Assembly: GCF_030028105.1 (NCBI RefSeq)
Contig: NC_092377.1
Coordinates: forward strand, 97,966,865-98,030,864
Reading direction: 5' to 3'
DNA from: Mobula birostris
Taxonomy: Eukaryota
DNA length: 64,000 nt
In this document: in pieces, positions 22,712 through 34,942 of the stretch
Position numbering within the stretch: the first letter of the stretch is position 1
Layout: each line of letters begins with the position of its first letter
Program-made: the position numbers and the translations under genes
The notes under the pieces: generated by a model
What the model was told of the DNA's origin: nothing
Databases searched by the model: none
Seen by the model: the letters and a program-made list of their open reading frames with translations, nothing else

Positions 22712-23068
22712 TACCATTCACTAGGTTTAGGAACAGTTATTACCCTTTAACTATCAGGCTCCTGAACCAACATGGATAACTTCAGTCACCTCAACTCTGA
22801 ACTGATCATTGAACAGAACCTTTGGATTCACTTTCAAGGACTCTCCAACTCATGTTCTCAGTTTATTTATTTATTTGTTTGTTTGTTTGTTTGTATTATT
22901 TTTGTATTTGCACAGCTTGTCTTCCTTTGCACATTGGTGGCTTGCCGATCTGTGTTTGTGGGTATTTTATCATTGATTCTATTGTATTTGTTTGTTCTGC
23001 TGTGAATGTTAGGGTCCTAAATAATGACATATACATACTTTGATAATAAATTTACCTTGACTTTGATT
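22712..23068 (+). mobile_element. Rex1/Babar 3' fragment
   Basis: aggtttaggaacagttattaccc (RFRNSYYP), UTR, tttgataataaatttaccttga. Confidence 0.8.
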
Positions 23069-23409
23069 TTGTTGCCCAGTGACAAAATATATTTGGATTT
23101 AACCCAGCCTGTTCTTTCAGTTCTATCCCTTGAGTGTCAACAGGTCTTTCTGTGACATAAAGGAATCAAATGGAAATCTAACCTCAAGACATCAGAAAAA
23201 GTAATAATTACCTTAACCAAATACCTTTGGGTCAGCCAGCTGTCAAACAATTATTTTGTTTAATATCTTTAATTGTTTTAAAACAATTATATTTTTATAA
23301 GAAGTTAAAAACTAAAGATAAGCTAATACTGATCAAAATAATTTAAACCTTTTAAATTTTAACATTTAAATTAAAACAGAACATTGAGTGGTCAAAAGGA
23401 ATAAAGTAC

Positions 23410-23570
23410 ATACATTTATGAGGAGGTTAGACAGGCTTATGAGGTACAGCGACTAGCTAGAGGGTTATGTTAATGGATTTATTTGAACAAAAATGGGCGG
23501 ACATATTTATAACTGGTGGAATGGACTGGTTGGGTCAATGAGCTAATATGTGCCGTATGTCATTATATAA
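23410..23570 (+). mobile_element. Old CR1 3' tail
   Basis: catttatgaggaggttagacagg...ggactggttgggtcaatgagc. Confidence 0.5.
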
Positions 23571-23679
23571 TGATATGTGAGCTTCTAAATCCTAATTTAA
23601 TAAGTCTCCAGAAATATAACAACATTTAAATTATCTTCAATCTGTCCTGTTCATATAAAGAGTCTTCACTTGAAGCATT

Positions 23680-23866
23680 GACCCTTCAGCAGGGAGGGTC
23701 TCACCTTTTACCTCTACCCCTCATCTTTTTTTCTCCAGTACTGCTGAAGGATTGCAGTCCGAAACATCAACCGTACTCTTTCCACAGATGCTGCCTGGCC
23801 TTCTGAGATCCCCCAGTAGTTTGTGTGTGTTGCTTGGATTTCCAGCATCTGCAGATTTTCTCTTAT
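23680..23866 (+). mobile_element. Penelope terminal repeat with upstream pyrimidine tract
   Basis: ccagtactgctgaaggattgcagtccgaaacatcaac (decayed hammerhead) then gatgctgcctggcc...tttccagcatctgcagattttctc. Confidence 0.8.
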
Positions 23867-24858
23867 TGGTGATTGGATGACCATATCCACTGTCAGATTT
23901 TGTTGCGAAAGCAGAAAACGGGAGAAATAACTTGAAAGTGGAGTAGCTTTTCTGCTAAAGTCAAGTGAAACATCTTGCATTTCTAGAAATTATTTCACTG
24001 GTGAAGTCTGCAATAGTAATGAACATGAAGGGGCTGAAATTGAAAATCATTGTATCCATTGCACTTTGGACAAATAAAGTTAAGCAGTGGAAGTATCCAA
24101 AACCATATTGATTCAGGACCTTATGATCATCTAAAACAAGTATTTGTCTGTAATTGTCTAAATAATATATCTATCAGTTTTGTTTAAGGATATAAATAAG
24201 CAATTGGTTTGCCTTAAACTCAGCAGGATTGGGTTCTGTTGAATATGGAATAACCACATTTCATGTCTCTAACCGGTAAACCATAAATGGGCTGACTGCT
24301 GGCAGCTTTCAGCAAAAAGGCACATTTAGTATGGAGGTACGACCACACAATTCAATCCGCTAATCCATGCCAGCACTTAAACTCCACTCAGAATAGAGAC
24401 TCTACATCAGAGTTGCAGTAAAAGTGGTGGCAATGCAATTCACAGCTCAAATTCATCCTAGAGCTTTAGAGCCTCACAGCAAATTGGTTGATATATCCCT
24501 CACCTGAATTGATAATCTGCTTCTGAGTTTCAGGTGCTTTTTGACAGAGGTTGGTGAGCTATTTTGCCGTAACATTGTGCCAGCCTCTTTGCACACTTGC
24601 AACAAGTTCTGCTCTGGGAACATAGCTGAGTCTGAGAGCAAACCCGTTTCCAGGCTGTTGGCTTTCATCTGCCGGACCAATTTATTCAATCCAAATTCAC
24701 AGCCATTTTTTATATCTCAACTTTGTAATGTGGTGATACAAGGAGAAAATTAAAATGGCACTTCTCAGGAGAAATAAAGAGTGCAAAATTCAATTCCATG
24801 GTGATTATTTAATTGGGCCCTGTAGGTGCTGATTCTCTTCAATTATGTGTGTGAACAC

Positions 24859-25502
24859 CAGACATCCCACCTCTCCCAGAAGTTCCAGCAGTCTCCCGCA
24901 TATTGATGGCAGTTCCCTAATGCCCGCAAATTATACACAATATCCCGGAAATCGATTTTTTTGAGACAGAGAGGAAGAGGAAGAGCGAGATGGAGCGGGA
25001 TCATCCTGATTGGTCTCTCTTCATGCTAAGTAGACCTATCAGTTTTCTCTGTGGGCGGGTTTTACAGTCGACCTCAAAAATAACGACAGTGTTGCTCGCT
25101 GCACTGTTTGCAACAGTGACTTTTCTATTGCCTATGGTGGGTTAAAATGTAAAAGACATGTTGAGGTGAGTTTAACAGGTGTCATTCAGTCATTAGCATA
25201 GCTAACGTTATTTAAACTAGCTGGCTAACTGCTAAGGAGCTACTCTATTGATGTCCTACGTGATGAGGCCAAGCTCCCTGCAGACTTGCTTAAAGTTGTA
25301 ATAGAATAAAAAAATGACTCCGTGATAATATAATATAAGTACATATTTTAGTGTCGCATTTTCTGCATATACTCAACTTGGTTTACAGATTAGACAAGAT
25401 CACTAAACAAAGTATTACATACACCCTTGGAGGTCGGCTGGGGGGAGGGGGCGGCGAGGGGTCTACCTCCCTGAAATGACTTTTTGCATGGTGGGATGTC
25501 TG
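24859..25502. mobile_element. Non-autonomous TIR DNA transposon (hAT-like MITE)
   Basis: Perfect 13-bp TIR CAGACATCCCACC / GGTGGGATGTCTG; flanks gaacac/gaacat; no ORF. Confidence 0.85.
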
Positions 25503-26689
25503 GAACATTCATGGGGAGGATATTAACATGGGAGTACAAATGCCCATTTTCAGGGTGCAGAGTTGGCAATGCTAACCGAAAAGCAAAAATAACACAGACC
25601 CTTGAAGTTTTGGATAAAAGAGACGATGCTTGAGTAACTCTGTGTGTCAGGCGGGATCTGTGGAGAGAGATTGGGAATTTCGGATTTATATCCAGTGACA
25701 ATAATAGAAACGTGTTAGGCTGTTGTGATACCCAGAAAAGTACTTCAAAGTTGGTAGTGAGCCTGCTGCTCTTACATGGCTTTTACACAGTGAAGGTCAC
25801 GGGTATCAAAGAATTGTTTTGTGTTTTGTCATAGTGAACATACAATGTTTAAAACGGTGGATGGGGTTACCAAGCAATACCAAGCTGGAGTACGTGTTGA
25901 TTTCAAAAATAGTTTAATCATCTTATCAAGACGTGATCTTGAACTTATAACTATCTGAGGAAATAACTCACTTCATTGGGGTCTTAGTTTGCAATGCATC
26001 CTGTGACCCAACCTGCCAGTGACACAGTGGTCTCATTATACAAAAGTTACATTATTTTCTGGCCGTAATAAGTACATACTGGCAGCACTGTGGATGACTG
26101 TTGTGGAGGAGAAATGTCAGCTCATGGCATGGTGACAAACTAGCTTTATCTAAAATCTCAAATGCCAATCTGTCAAAGTCAATAAAGCATGAAAGACTAG
26201 GGCAGAAGTGACAACAATGTTATAAAGTACTTGGTGCAGTACCTAATGGCTTGTGCCTTTTGCATGCAGCTTCCTTGTGTGTGTGCTTGAGGGGGTTGCT
26301 TCATTTCTTTCTGGTTTTCTGCTTTAGCTTGTTTCTTGGAACTGTTTTATTAGAGGGACTGGGGTTAAGAGACATAAAGTAGCTGCAATTTCTAATTAAA
26401 ATAGAAATTCTATCACCTACAATCCAAGTTTTTGAAGTTAAAATTTAGATCTCAAAATTAATTTCAGGAAGAACAGGCATGTCTTTCTGCTCACAAGAAT
26501 ACTGTTTAAAGATTGAAGACCAAGGCTGCATATTACAAAAGCTGCTGCAGATTTCCTCTTAACTACCAAATGACTCTATTAAACCAGGGTACCCAAGGGC
26601 AGTAACTGGCAGGAATGGCATTTGTCACCCTTAGTGATCTGGCACTTAATGCATTGGGCGAACAATTTATTATTTTTTTCTAAGTGTTT

Positions 26690-26830
26690 AGAATCAGGCT
26701 TATTATCACAGACGTTTGTCGTGAAATTTGTCATTTTGCAGCAGCAGCACAGTGCAGTACATATAGATTTCTTATTATATTTTACAGTATATTTATACAT
26801 TGAACAAGTAGTGCAAATAAATAAATTTAA
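26690..26830 (-). mobile_element. Rex1/Babar 3' tail
   Basis: gaatcaggcttattatcac...gtgaaatttgtcattttgcagcagcagcacagtgca; same family as 10311 and 58610. Confidence 0.7.
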
Positions 26831-27294
26831 TTAATAATTTGATAGATAATTAAATAATTAACTTAAAACATTTAAGTAAGTTATTCTTTGGAGTTCTGCA
26901 AATTTATCAAACTCTACTTCAGACAAGTGTGCTGTTCTTTTAAAATGGTTTAGCTTGAAATGGGACTGCAATTTAAAGGCTTGTCAAAATCATTCCCAAG
27001 ACGTTATGCCTCATTAAAAGCAGTTGTTTTCCAGCATTTTAGTGCACCTGCAGATATAGTTCCTGAAAAGTTATGATTCTGGCTCCATCTGTTTACCCAA
27101 GTGGGTACTTGTAGGCTTTTACAACTTTGAAATCCTTGGTCAGCACCATAAAATGGAAATCTATCACAACCACAACTTTATTTTAACAAAAAACTTGCTG
27201 CTTGCAGTTTAACAAATTCCTGGGGAGCACTGAAAGACTTATACAGTAGTTATTTGACCGGTGAATGGAGAATTAGAATTCTTTTGGGAAAAGT

Positions 27295-27874
27295 GGTGGC
27301 ATCTGTTAGTCTCGCGAGACCATGGATCTGCGCCTGGAAAGGTTCTCCAGGGTGCAGGCCTGGGCAAGGTCGTATGGAAGACCGGCTGTTACCCATGTAG
27401 CAAGTCTCCCCTCTCCATGGCACTGATGTTGTCCAAGGGAAGGGCAGGGGCTGATACAGCTTGGCATCAGTGTCGTTGCAGGAGTTGCCAGAATGAGGCT
27501 GAAAGCACAGTTGAACTGCCTTAGGGACTCCAGCTCCGGATTCGTCCTCAGGGTTTACTCCCGAAGCCTTTCCCCTGAGTGGGTATGGCCGCAAGGCAGC
27601 GGAGGTTTGAAATCAGAGTTTTCCCTCTCTTAGATGGACTGCCTTCCCAGGTTGACGAACTCCATCTACCCGAAGCACTGGTTTTAAGGCACCAGGACCC
27701 GCCTTCGCCCATTCTCCTGTCAGTAGAAACAGTTCCGCCGGGCTTAGAGGCTAAGCCACACGAGAAGGCCAGGAGTTGGACTTGGTTGTCAGAGGCTATT
27801 TGAGGCGCATGCCATGAGGAGCACTTTTAGGTAGTGGGAGCTTGTCCCCACTACCACTCCTTGGCTTGACAACC
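27295..27874 (-). mobile_element. Full-length non-coding RTE-type element
   Basis: Perfect TSD ttgggaaaagt (27284-27294, 27875-27885); structured GC-rich body; related copy ~49746-50320. Confidence 0.8.
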
Positions 27875-28337
27875 TTGGGAAAAGTAGATACTGATATAAT
27901 GACTGCTTAGTAGATTGGCAAAATTTAGCTTGGACAGCCTTCCATTTTTCACACGATGATATGTATTATATTCCAATAATGCCCTTTACATGAATTAGTA
28001 CTTAAAGTGGATACTGTGTTTTTCTGATGGGCTTGCCACAGTAAAGCTCCAATAATCTAATGTGGTTCAGCATCTCAGAATTCTCAATGGTTCAGCATCT
28101 GGCTTACACTCCACTTTCCAGACCCCAGATCATGTGCTCCCTTCCACTCACTGGGATCTGGTTCACACACACACACACACCTCCATTTGCCAGGACTTAA
28201 GTTACTGCACTCTCTGACTACTTATCAGGTTCTTGTGCTCCCTGGTCACTTGCCCTGGTTCCTGTACTTTAAAATCACCTAGTTGTTGGTTGCCATCCCT
28301 GAAATCTTGCCCATTTCTGCTTCCCCCACTCATTTTA

Positions 28338-28950
28338 AAGATCAAGGATCAACCTTATTCACCATATACACTTACATATATTAAGATTTTGCCATGGTGT
28401 GTTGGTCAGTGTACAGCATGCAACAAAATAAAATAACATTCAACTTATAAAGAATAAAGAATTATATAAAAAATAAAGTTAGAGGTATGGATATTGAGTA
28501 AAACGTGCATAAATCCATTAATGGCAGCATGCATTTACAATGTAAACAGCATTATAAAATGTGCTTTAAAGTGTTTACACTGCAGTGACTGAGGAGGGGC
28601 TAACTGATATAGTTGATCAGATTAACTGCTTGGGGGAAGAAACTTTTAAGATGGTGTGAAGTTCTGTTTTAATTATCCCCTAGCACTTACCAGAAAGGAG
28701 CTTTTGGAAAAGGCTGTTTTTACAGGGTGGGTAGCGTCTACAATGAATTATCCTGCCCGCTTTTTCATGGACACGTACAAGTCCTGCAGTGATGGTAGAC
28801 TGCAGTCAATCACCTTTTCTGCTAACCTGACAGTTGACTGTAGGGTTCTGCACCAAACCAGGCAGTAATGGCTGATATGAGGATGCTGTCTATGACGGCA
28901 GTGTAGAATTACTCCAGTATGTTCTGGTGATGAATACAGAACTCCTGAGC
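28338..28950 (-). mobile_element. Rex1/Babar-type 3' fragment
   Basis: Tail aagatcaaggatcaaccttatt; antisense FYTAVIDSILI...SFFPQAV remnant. Confidence 0.65.
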
Positions 28951-29103
28951 ATGCTAGCTTAGTGGAGTTTTACTGTAATGGTATTACTTAATGGTAATCA
29001 GTCTCTCAGATAAAATTATTTTCAATCTGATGTCAAATGGTGTCAGAGTCTTTGAAAGGCTGTGAATGTTAGTGTAACCAAGTTATGATCACTTACCCAG
29101 AAT

Positions 29104-30017
29104 TGTAGGCCGTATCTCGGGTAATGATGAGTTTGAGTACAGAGAGGAAATTAAGAACCTGGTGGCATGGTGTGAAGACAATAACCTATCCCTCAACGTC
29201 AGCAAGACGAAGGAATTGGTTGTTGACTTCAGAAGGAGTAGCGGACCGCACAACCCAATTTACATCAGTGGTGTGCAAGTGGAACAGGTAAAAAGCTTTA
29301 AGTTCCTCGGGGTCAATATCACAAATGACCTGACTTGGTCCAACCAAGCAGAGTTCACTGCCAAGAAGGCCCACCAGCACCTTTACTTTCTGAGAAAACT
29401 AGATAAATTTGGCCTATCCCCTAAAACCCTCACTAATTTTTATAGATGCACCGTAGAAAGCATTCTTTTAGGGTGCATCTCAACCTGGTATGGAAGTTGT
29501 CCTGTCCAAGACCAAAGGAAGCTGCAGAAGATGGCGAACACAGTGCAGCACATCGCACAAACCAATCTTCCATCCGTGGACTCACTTTACACTGCACGCT
29601 GTTGGAGCAGTGCTGCCAGGATAATCAAGGACACGACCCACCCAGCCAACACACTTTTTGTCCCTCTTCCCCCCGGGAGAAGGTTCAGGAGCTTGAAGAC
29701 CTGTATGGCCAGATTTGGGAACAGCTTCTTTCCAACTGTGATAAGACTGCGGAACGGATCCTGACCCGGATCTGGGCCATACCCTCCAAATATCTGGACC
29801 TGCCTCTCGGTTTTTTTGCACTACCTTACTTCCCATTTTTCTATTTTCTATTTATGATTTATAATTTAAATTTTTAATATTTACTAATTTTAACTATTTT
29901 TAATATTTTTAATATTTAATATTTGTAATCCAGGGAGTGTGAAGCGCAGAATCAAATATCGCTGTGATGATTTTACGTTCTAGTACCAATTGTTTGGTGA
30001 TAATAAAGTATAAAGTA
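29104..30017 (+). mobile_element. Young 5'-truncated Rex1/Babar LINE
   Basis: Uninterrupted C-terminal ORF (29162-29764: WCEDNNLSLNVSKTKELVVDFRR...FKFLGV...FYRCTVESIL...NSFFPTVIR); (taaagta)n tail. Confidence 0.92.
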
Positions 30018-30275
30018 TCCTTGTTCCCTAAAAGGTCAAAATTCTGACGCAGGATTGATTCTAAAAATAGAAAGCGTTTCACTCAGTGAAGTGAAAAGTT
30101 ATGTTGAACATCTGTCTCATGTAGTAAAATGGAGTCAACACAGTTTTGACACAGCTTGTTAAATTAATTTGGGAGAGACTGAATTTTATGTTCAGAATAT
30201 GGTCCCGAATCTTAACCAGGCATTGTACCTGCTGACTCAATAACTTGAATACTTCATCTTTTGCTTTTAATACAG

Positions 30276-30311
30276 GCTCCAGTCTCAGTATGCGCTGTTT
30301 GCTGTTCACAG
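30276..30311 (+). other. Candidate 36-nt cassette exon in PRKN intron 4
   Basis: Acceptor cttcatcttttgcttttaatacag and donor CAG|gtgagg; 36 nt, no stop in any frame; phase-0 reading APVSVCAVCCSQ; lies in TE-free DNA. No transcript evidence. Confidence 0.3.
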
Positions 30312-30781
30312 GTGAGGTCTTGTGATCTGCAAGTTGAATGTTTTGTTGTGCTACTGACAGCGTAACCTTCAGAGCTCTGAGCCAAAGGACTTTCACAGAG
30401 TATCTGTTTTGGGGTCCAGATCAGGTGACATACTAATTTGCTTAAGAATCCAGAGTGTAGAGCCATGCAAGATCAGCAGCGCTTGTCAACCCAATGTATG
30501 GCCAAGGGTTATGCTTTCCTCCATTAGTTTAAAAAAATACGCAGGATATCAGACCAACAACCAACAGTAGCAAATGAATAAAATCACTTTACAATCCAAG
30601 ACTAAAGGAATGCTGTAGCCTTCACAGTTGCATCTCAAAACAGTATGTGATAAATGCTGCATTTAACACACAGAAATGAGATTGGATTTTTACACAAATA
30701 CAAACAGAGCAAGAATCTATTTGGAATGTTTAGCCATTTCTTAAAGTGGAATCTCTCTCAGACATCATCTCAATGAATTGA

Positions 30782-30850
30782 TTTTTTTTGAGACACAGCC
30801 CGGTAACAAGCCCTTCTGGATCGACGAGCCCATGCTATGGTAACTGCCAA
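30782..30850 (-). mobile_element. HE1-like SINE tail
   Basis: tttttgagacacagcccggtaacaagcccttctgg. Confidence 0.55.
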
Positions 30851-30921
30851 GCTACTGTGTTCCCCAAATAGCACTTACTTCCAAATTGGATAATCACTGT
30901 GAAGAGACATTCGCTGTCCTT

Positions 30922-31050
30922 ATGAGTCCTGATGTGGGGTTTCAACCCAAAACATCGACAATTCCTTTCCTCCCACAGCAGCTCCTCAACCCACTGAGTT
31001 CTTTCAGCAAATTGTGCTTTGCTCCAGATTCGAGCATCTGCAGTCTCAAA
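30922..31050 (+). mobile_element. Older Penelope terminal repeat (single arm)
   Basis: gtcctgatgtggggtttcaacccaaaacatcgac...ctgagttctttcagca...cagcatctgcag-like end. Confidence 0.7.
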
Positions 31051-31920
31051 ACACTGCACATGAGAATGTGTCCTGGTCCCTGGGACTGGACACCTGATAT
31101 TCTCAACCTCTGATATCTATCACCATTGGATTTTTTGGTGTCAGTCACCTACAGAAATATCTCCTCCATCAGGATCTTCAGTGCAGTTTTGAAAAAAAAC
31201 TGTTGCCCACTCTATTTTCATTCTGGATTTTCCAGATCTGATTCAATTCACAAAGGATTCCTTACTGTAGTTTTCCAAAAACATTTAAATAATGAACACA
31301 GAAATTTACATTTTAAAATAGCCCAAAAGGTATCTGTCCTTTAAATTCTGCTTCTTGAGGACAGCGATTGAGTTATCTATAGTGATGTACTTGTCTTCTC
31401 TGATATGCTGGGCTGCAACCAGGCCATTTGTTGGTGAGGCACCATGAAGTATAAAAAGGGCTCTGGGGCTTTTGCGACTTTTCAGCAGTCTGCATTAGAA
31501 GCAGATTAGCCATTGTGTGAGTGGACAGTGTTAGAGTGGTTAGTCTTAGCTCAGCATGCTTAGGCAAGAACACGCAGAGATTCTATGTAAGTCTCTAGTA
31601 AGTTTTTTTTGTTAGTACAAAGCTAATGCACTGAGAATAGTCGAAAGTTAATAGTATGTTCCTTGTGTGAGATATGGGACCTCTGGGAAACCTCCAGTCT
31701 CCCTGATAACCATATCTGGACAAAGTGCACCAAGCTGCAGCTCCTTAGAGACTATGTTTAGCAACTGGAACTGCAGCTGGATGACCTTCGGCTCATACAG
31801 GAAAACGAGAAGGTGATGGATAGGAACTACAGGGAGGTAGTCATCCTTAAGTTGCAGGAGGCAGGCATCTAGGTGACTGTCAGGAGAGGGAAAGGGAATA
31901 GGTAGCCAGTGCAGAGAACC

Positions 31921-33115
31921 TTCATCACATTGATGAAGGTAAAGCCGTAGATGTAGTGTATATGGATTTCAGCAAGGTACCCCATGCAAGGCTTATTGAG
32001 AAAGTAAGGAGGCATGGGATCCAAGGGGACCTTGCTTAGTGGATCCAGAACTGGCTTGCCCACAGAAGGCAAAGAGTGGTTGTAGACAGGTCATATTCTG
32101 CATGGAGGCCAGTGACCAATGGTGTGCCTCAGGGATCTGTTCTGGGACCCCTACTCTTTGTGATTTTTATAAATGACCTGGATGATGAATGGAGGGATGG
32201 GTTAGTAAATTTGCTGATGACACAAAGGTTGGGGGTGTTGTGGATAGTGTGGAGGGCTGTCAAAGATTACAGCGGGACATCGATTGGATGCAAAACTGAG
32301 CTGAGAAGTGGCAGATGGAGTTCAATCCAGATAATTGTGAAGTGGTTCATTTTGGTAGGTCAAATAGGATGGCAGAATATAGCATTAATGGCAAGACTCT
32401 TGGCAGTGTGGAGGATCAGAGGGATCTTGGGGTCCGAGTCCACAAGACACTCAAAGTTGCTACACAGGTTGACTCTGTGGTTAAGAAGGCATATGGTGCA
32501 TTGGCCTTCATCAATTGTGGGATTGAGTCTAAGAGCCGAGAGGTAATGTTGCAGCTATATAGGACCCTGACCAGACCTCACTTGGAGTACTGTGCTCAGT
32601 TCTGGTCGCCTCACTACAGGAAGGACGTGGAAACCATAGAAAGGGTGCAGAGGAGATTTACAAGGATGTTGCCTGGATTGGAGAGCAAGCCTTATGAGAA
32701 TAGGTTGAATGAACTCGGCCTTTTCTCCTTGGAACGACGGAGGTTGAGAGGTGACCTGATAGAGGTGTATAAGATGATAAGAGGCATTGATCGTGTGGAT
32801 AGTCAGAGGCTTTTCCCCAGGGCTGAAGTGGCTAGTATGAGAGGACATAGTTTTAAGGTGCTTGGGAGTAGGTACAGAGGAGATATCAGGGGAAAGTTTT
32901 TTTATGCAGAGTGTGGTGAGTGTGTGGAATAGGCTACTAGCGGCGGTGGTGGAAGCGGAAACGATAGGGTCTTTTTAGAGATTCCTGGATGGATACATGA
33001 AGCTTAAAAAAATAGAGGGCTATAGGTAAGCCTGGGTAGTTCTAAGGTAAGGACATGTTCGGCACAGCTTTGTGTGCCGAAGGGCCTGTACTGTGCTGTA
33101 GGTTTTCTGTGTTCT
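31921..33115 (+). mobile_element. 5'-truncated younger CR1 inserted in host ORF1
   Basis: [38 protein letters not shown]; flanked by aacc. Confidence 0.9.
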
Positions 33116-34127
33116 AACCCCAGGGGCCATTCTATTCAATAGTAAGTATAATGCTTTGGATTCTATTGGGGGTGATGATCTATCAGGGGAAGCCATAGCG
33201 ACCTGATCTCTGGCACTGAGGCTGTCTCCATAGCTCAGAACAAAAGAGGGAGAAGAGGAGTACAGTAGTGAAAGGAGATTCCATAATTTTGGTAACAGAC
33301 AGCAGACTCTGTGGACATGAAAGAGATACCTGGATAGTACGTTGCCTTCCAGGTGCCAGGGTCAGGAAACTCTCGGATCAGGTCTACAGCATTTTAAATG
33401 GGGAGCATGAACAGCCAGAAGTCTTGGTACATATTGGTACCAAGGACATAAGTAGGAAAAGGGAGGAGGTCCAGAAAAGAGAATATAGGGAGTTAGGCAG
33501 AAAGCTGAAAAGCAGGCTTTCCAGTGGTAGCAATCTCTGGATTATACCTGTGGTACCTGCCAGTGAAGTTAAGAATAGGATGATTTGGGAGGTGAAGGTA
33601 CTACTGAAGAATCGGTGCATGGGACAGGGTTTCATATTTCTGGATCATTGGGATCTCTTCTGGGCAAGGTATGACCTGTACAAAAAGGATAAGTTCCATC
33701 TGAACCCGAGGGAGAACCAATATCCTTGTGGTCAGATTACCTAGAATGTTTGGGGAGGGTTTAAACTAACCTGGCACAGGGAAGGGAACCAGAGTGATAG
33801 AGTTGAAGATGGGGCAGTTGGTATACAAGTAGATGTAGTGTGCAGTGAGACCTTGAGGAAGCGCAGGCTGAAGATAGAGCAAAACTGCCGTTGGTGGGAT
33901 GAGTTACAGTGTAACAGGCGGCCAAAATTGTAAAGGGTGATGAATACAGGATTGAAGATGTGATATTTGAATGCAGGAAGTATATGCAATAAGGTAGATG
34001 ATCATGTAGTGCAGTTAGAGATAGGCAGATATAATGTTGTGGGTATCGCTGAGTCATGGCTGAAAGAAGATCTTAGTTGTGAGCTTAACATCCAAGGATA
34101 CACATTATAACGAATGGACAGGCAGGT

Positions 34128-34318
34128 AAGTCCAAAACATAAAACTAATTGAAAGAAAAACACGGAATCTGGAATAAATGTGTCTACTTCACTTTACCTT
34201 AGCAAGTCACGTACTCATATCACATGGTGGTGTGATGATATTACATACTTTTACATACTCAAAGAATGCTTGATAAAACATTATACTTATGATATTACTG
34301 AAATATTAAATACACAAT
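34128..34318. mobile_element. ~190-bp AT-rich insertion in the CR1 endonuclease (possible small solo LTR)
   Basis: Breaks gacaggcaggta|ggcagagggggt of the host, with aggta duplicated. Confidence 0.5.
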
Positions 34319-34942
34319 AGGTAGGCAGAGGGGGTGAGGTGGCTTGTTAGTAAAAAATGAAATCAAATCCTTAGAAAGAGGTGACATAAGATCGGATGCT
34401 GGAGAATCCTTATGGATAGAGTTAAGAAACTGCAAGAGTAAAAAGTCCCTGATAGGAATTACGTACTGGCCTCCAAACAGTAAACAGAATGTGGCCTACA
34501 AGTTACAAAAGGAAATAGAAAAGGCATATAAAAAAGGCAATGTGTAATTGTCGTGGGGGATTTCTACCTGTAGGTAGATTAGGAAAATGAGGTTGGTGCT
34601 GGATCCCATAAGAGGGAATTTGTAGAATGCCTATAAAATGACTCTTTAGAGTAGCTTCTAGTTGAGCCCATGAGGGGAACAGCAACTCTGGATTGGGTGT
34701 TATGTAATAACCCAGATTTGATTACGGTGCTTAAGGTAAAGGAATCCTTAGGAGTCTATAATCATAATATGATAGAATTCACCATGCAGTTTGAAGAGAC
34801 GCTAAAATCAATGTATCAGTTTTACAGTGGAGTAAAGTGAATTACAGAGGCATGGGAGAGAAGCTGGCCAAAATTGATTGGAAGGGGTCACTAGCAGGGG
34901 TGATGGCAGAATAGCAATGGCTGGAGTGTCTGGAAGCAATTC

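Noticed and set aside
30079-30396. 105-aa minus-strand ORF
   Set aside because: No recognisable homology; non-ATG start.
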